A DNA stretch of 27,084 nt from Elusimicrobiota bacterium (GTDB lineage: Bacteria > Elusimicrobiota > Elusimicrobia > UBA1565 > UBA9628), in assembly GCA_027319565.1 (NCBI GenBank), contig DAHVNA010000030.1:1-27084 (forward strand). Direction: 5' to 3'. The position numbers and the translations under genes are program-made. Numbering within the stretch: position 1 is the stretch's first letter; each line of letters opens with the position of its first letter. This document shows, in pieces, positions 27,027 through 27,084 of this stretch. The notes below the pieces were generated by a model. The model had not been told where the DNA came from, searched no databases, and saw nothing but the letters and a program-made list of their open reading frames with translations.

Positions 27027-27084
27027 TCATCAAAAGGGATGTCCATTCCGGGGATTTTGTCTCCGTTTCCGGGCTTATTTTTAA

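Overview
A gene-dense bacterial window of about 50% GC. The secreted, TPR, caspase-like and Gly/Pro-rich proteins suggest an Elusimicrobiota-like organism, but this is inference only. Contents: a USP-OsmC stress operon; a minus-strand operon with a secreted protein, a TatT-associated TRAP transporter (TatT-DctP-DctQ-DctM), a LOG-family protein and a TPR-like protein; a secreted Phi-1/EXORDIUM-like protein; a small GIY-YIG nuclease; a 985-aa secreted TPR protein; a Gly/Ala/Pro-rich membrane protein; a caspase-family (C14) peptidase; a Wzx-like flippase; a DsbA-like protein; a methyltransferase; DUF2892; a YgjP-like protein; DUF4139; and an AsmA-like/purB/DUF62/RlmI-like block. The most striking signal is a family of nine CGTC...CCAG-tagged hairpin repeats of two types (A = ATTCC stem, B = ACCCC stem). 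Eight form four A-spacer-inverted-B doublets. Three doublets have 13-15 nt spacers; in the fourth the spacer is the entire GIY-YIG gene. This suggests an autonomous/non-autonomous, REPIN-like element mobilised by a GIY-YIG nuclease rather than a RAYT. A second signal is a shared bipartite motif (TGAATCCTTTTTGGC-N7/8-CATCTAAA) upstream of two distant stress/redox operons, a candidate alternative-sigma promoter.
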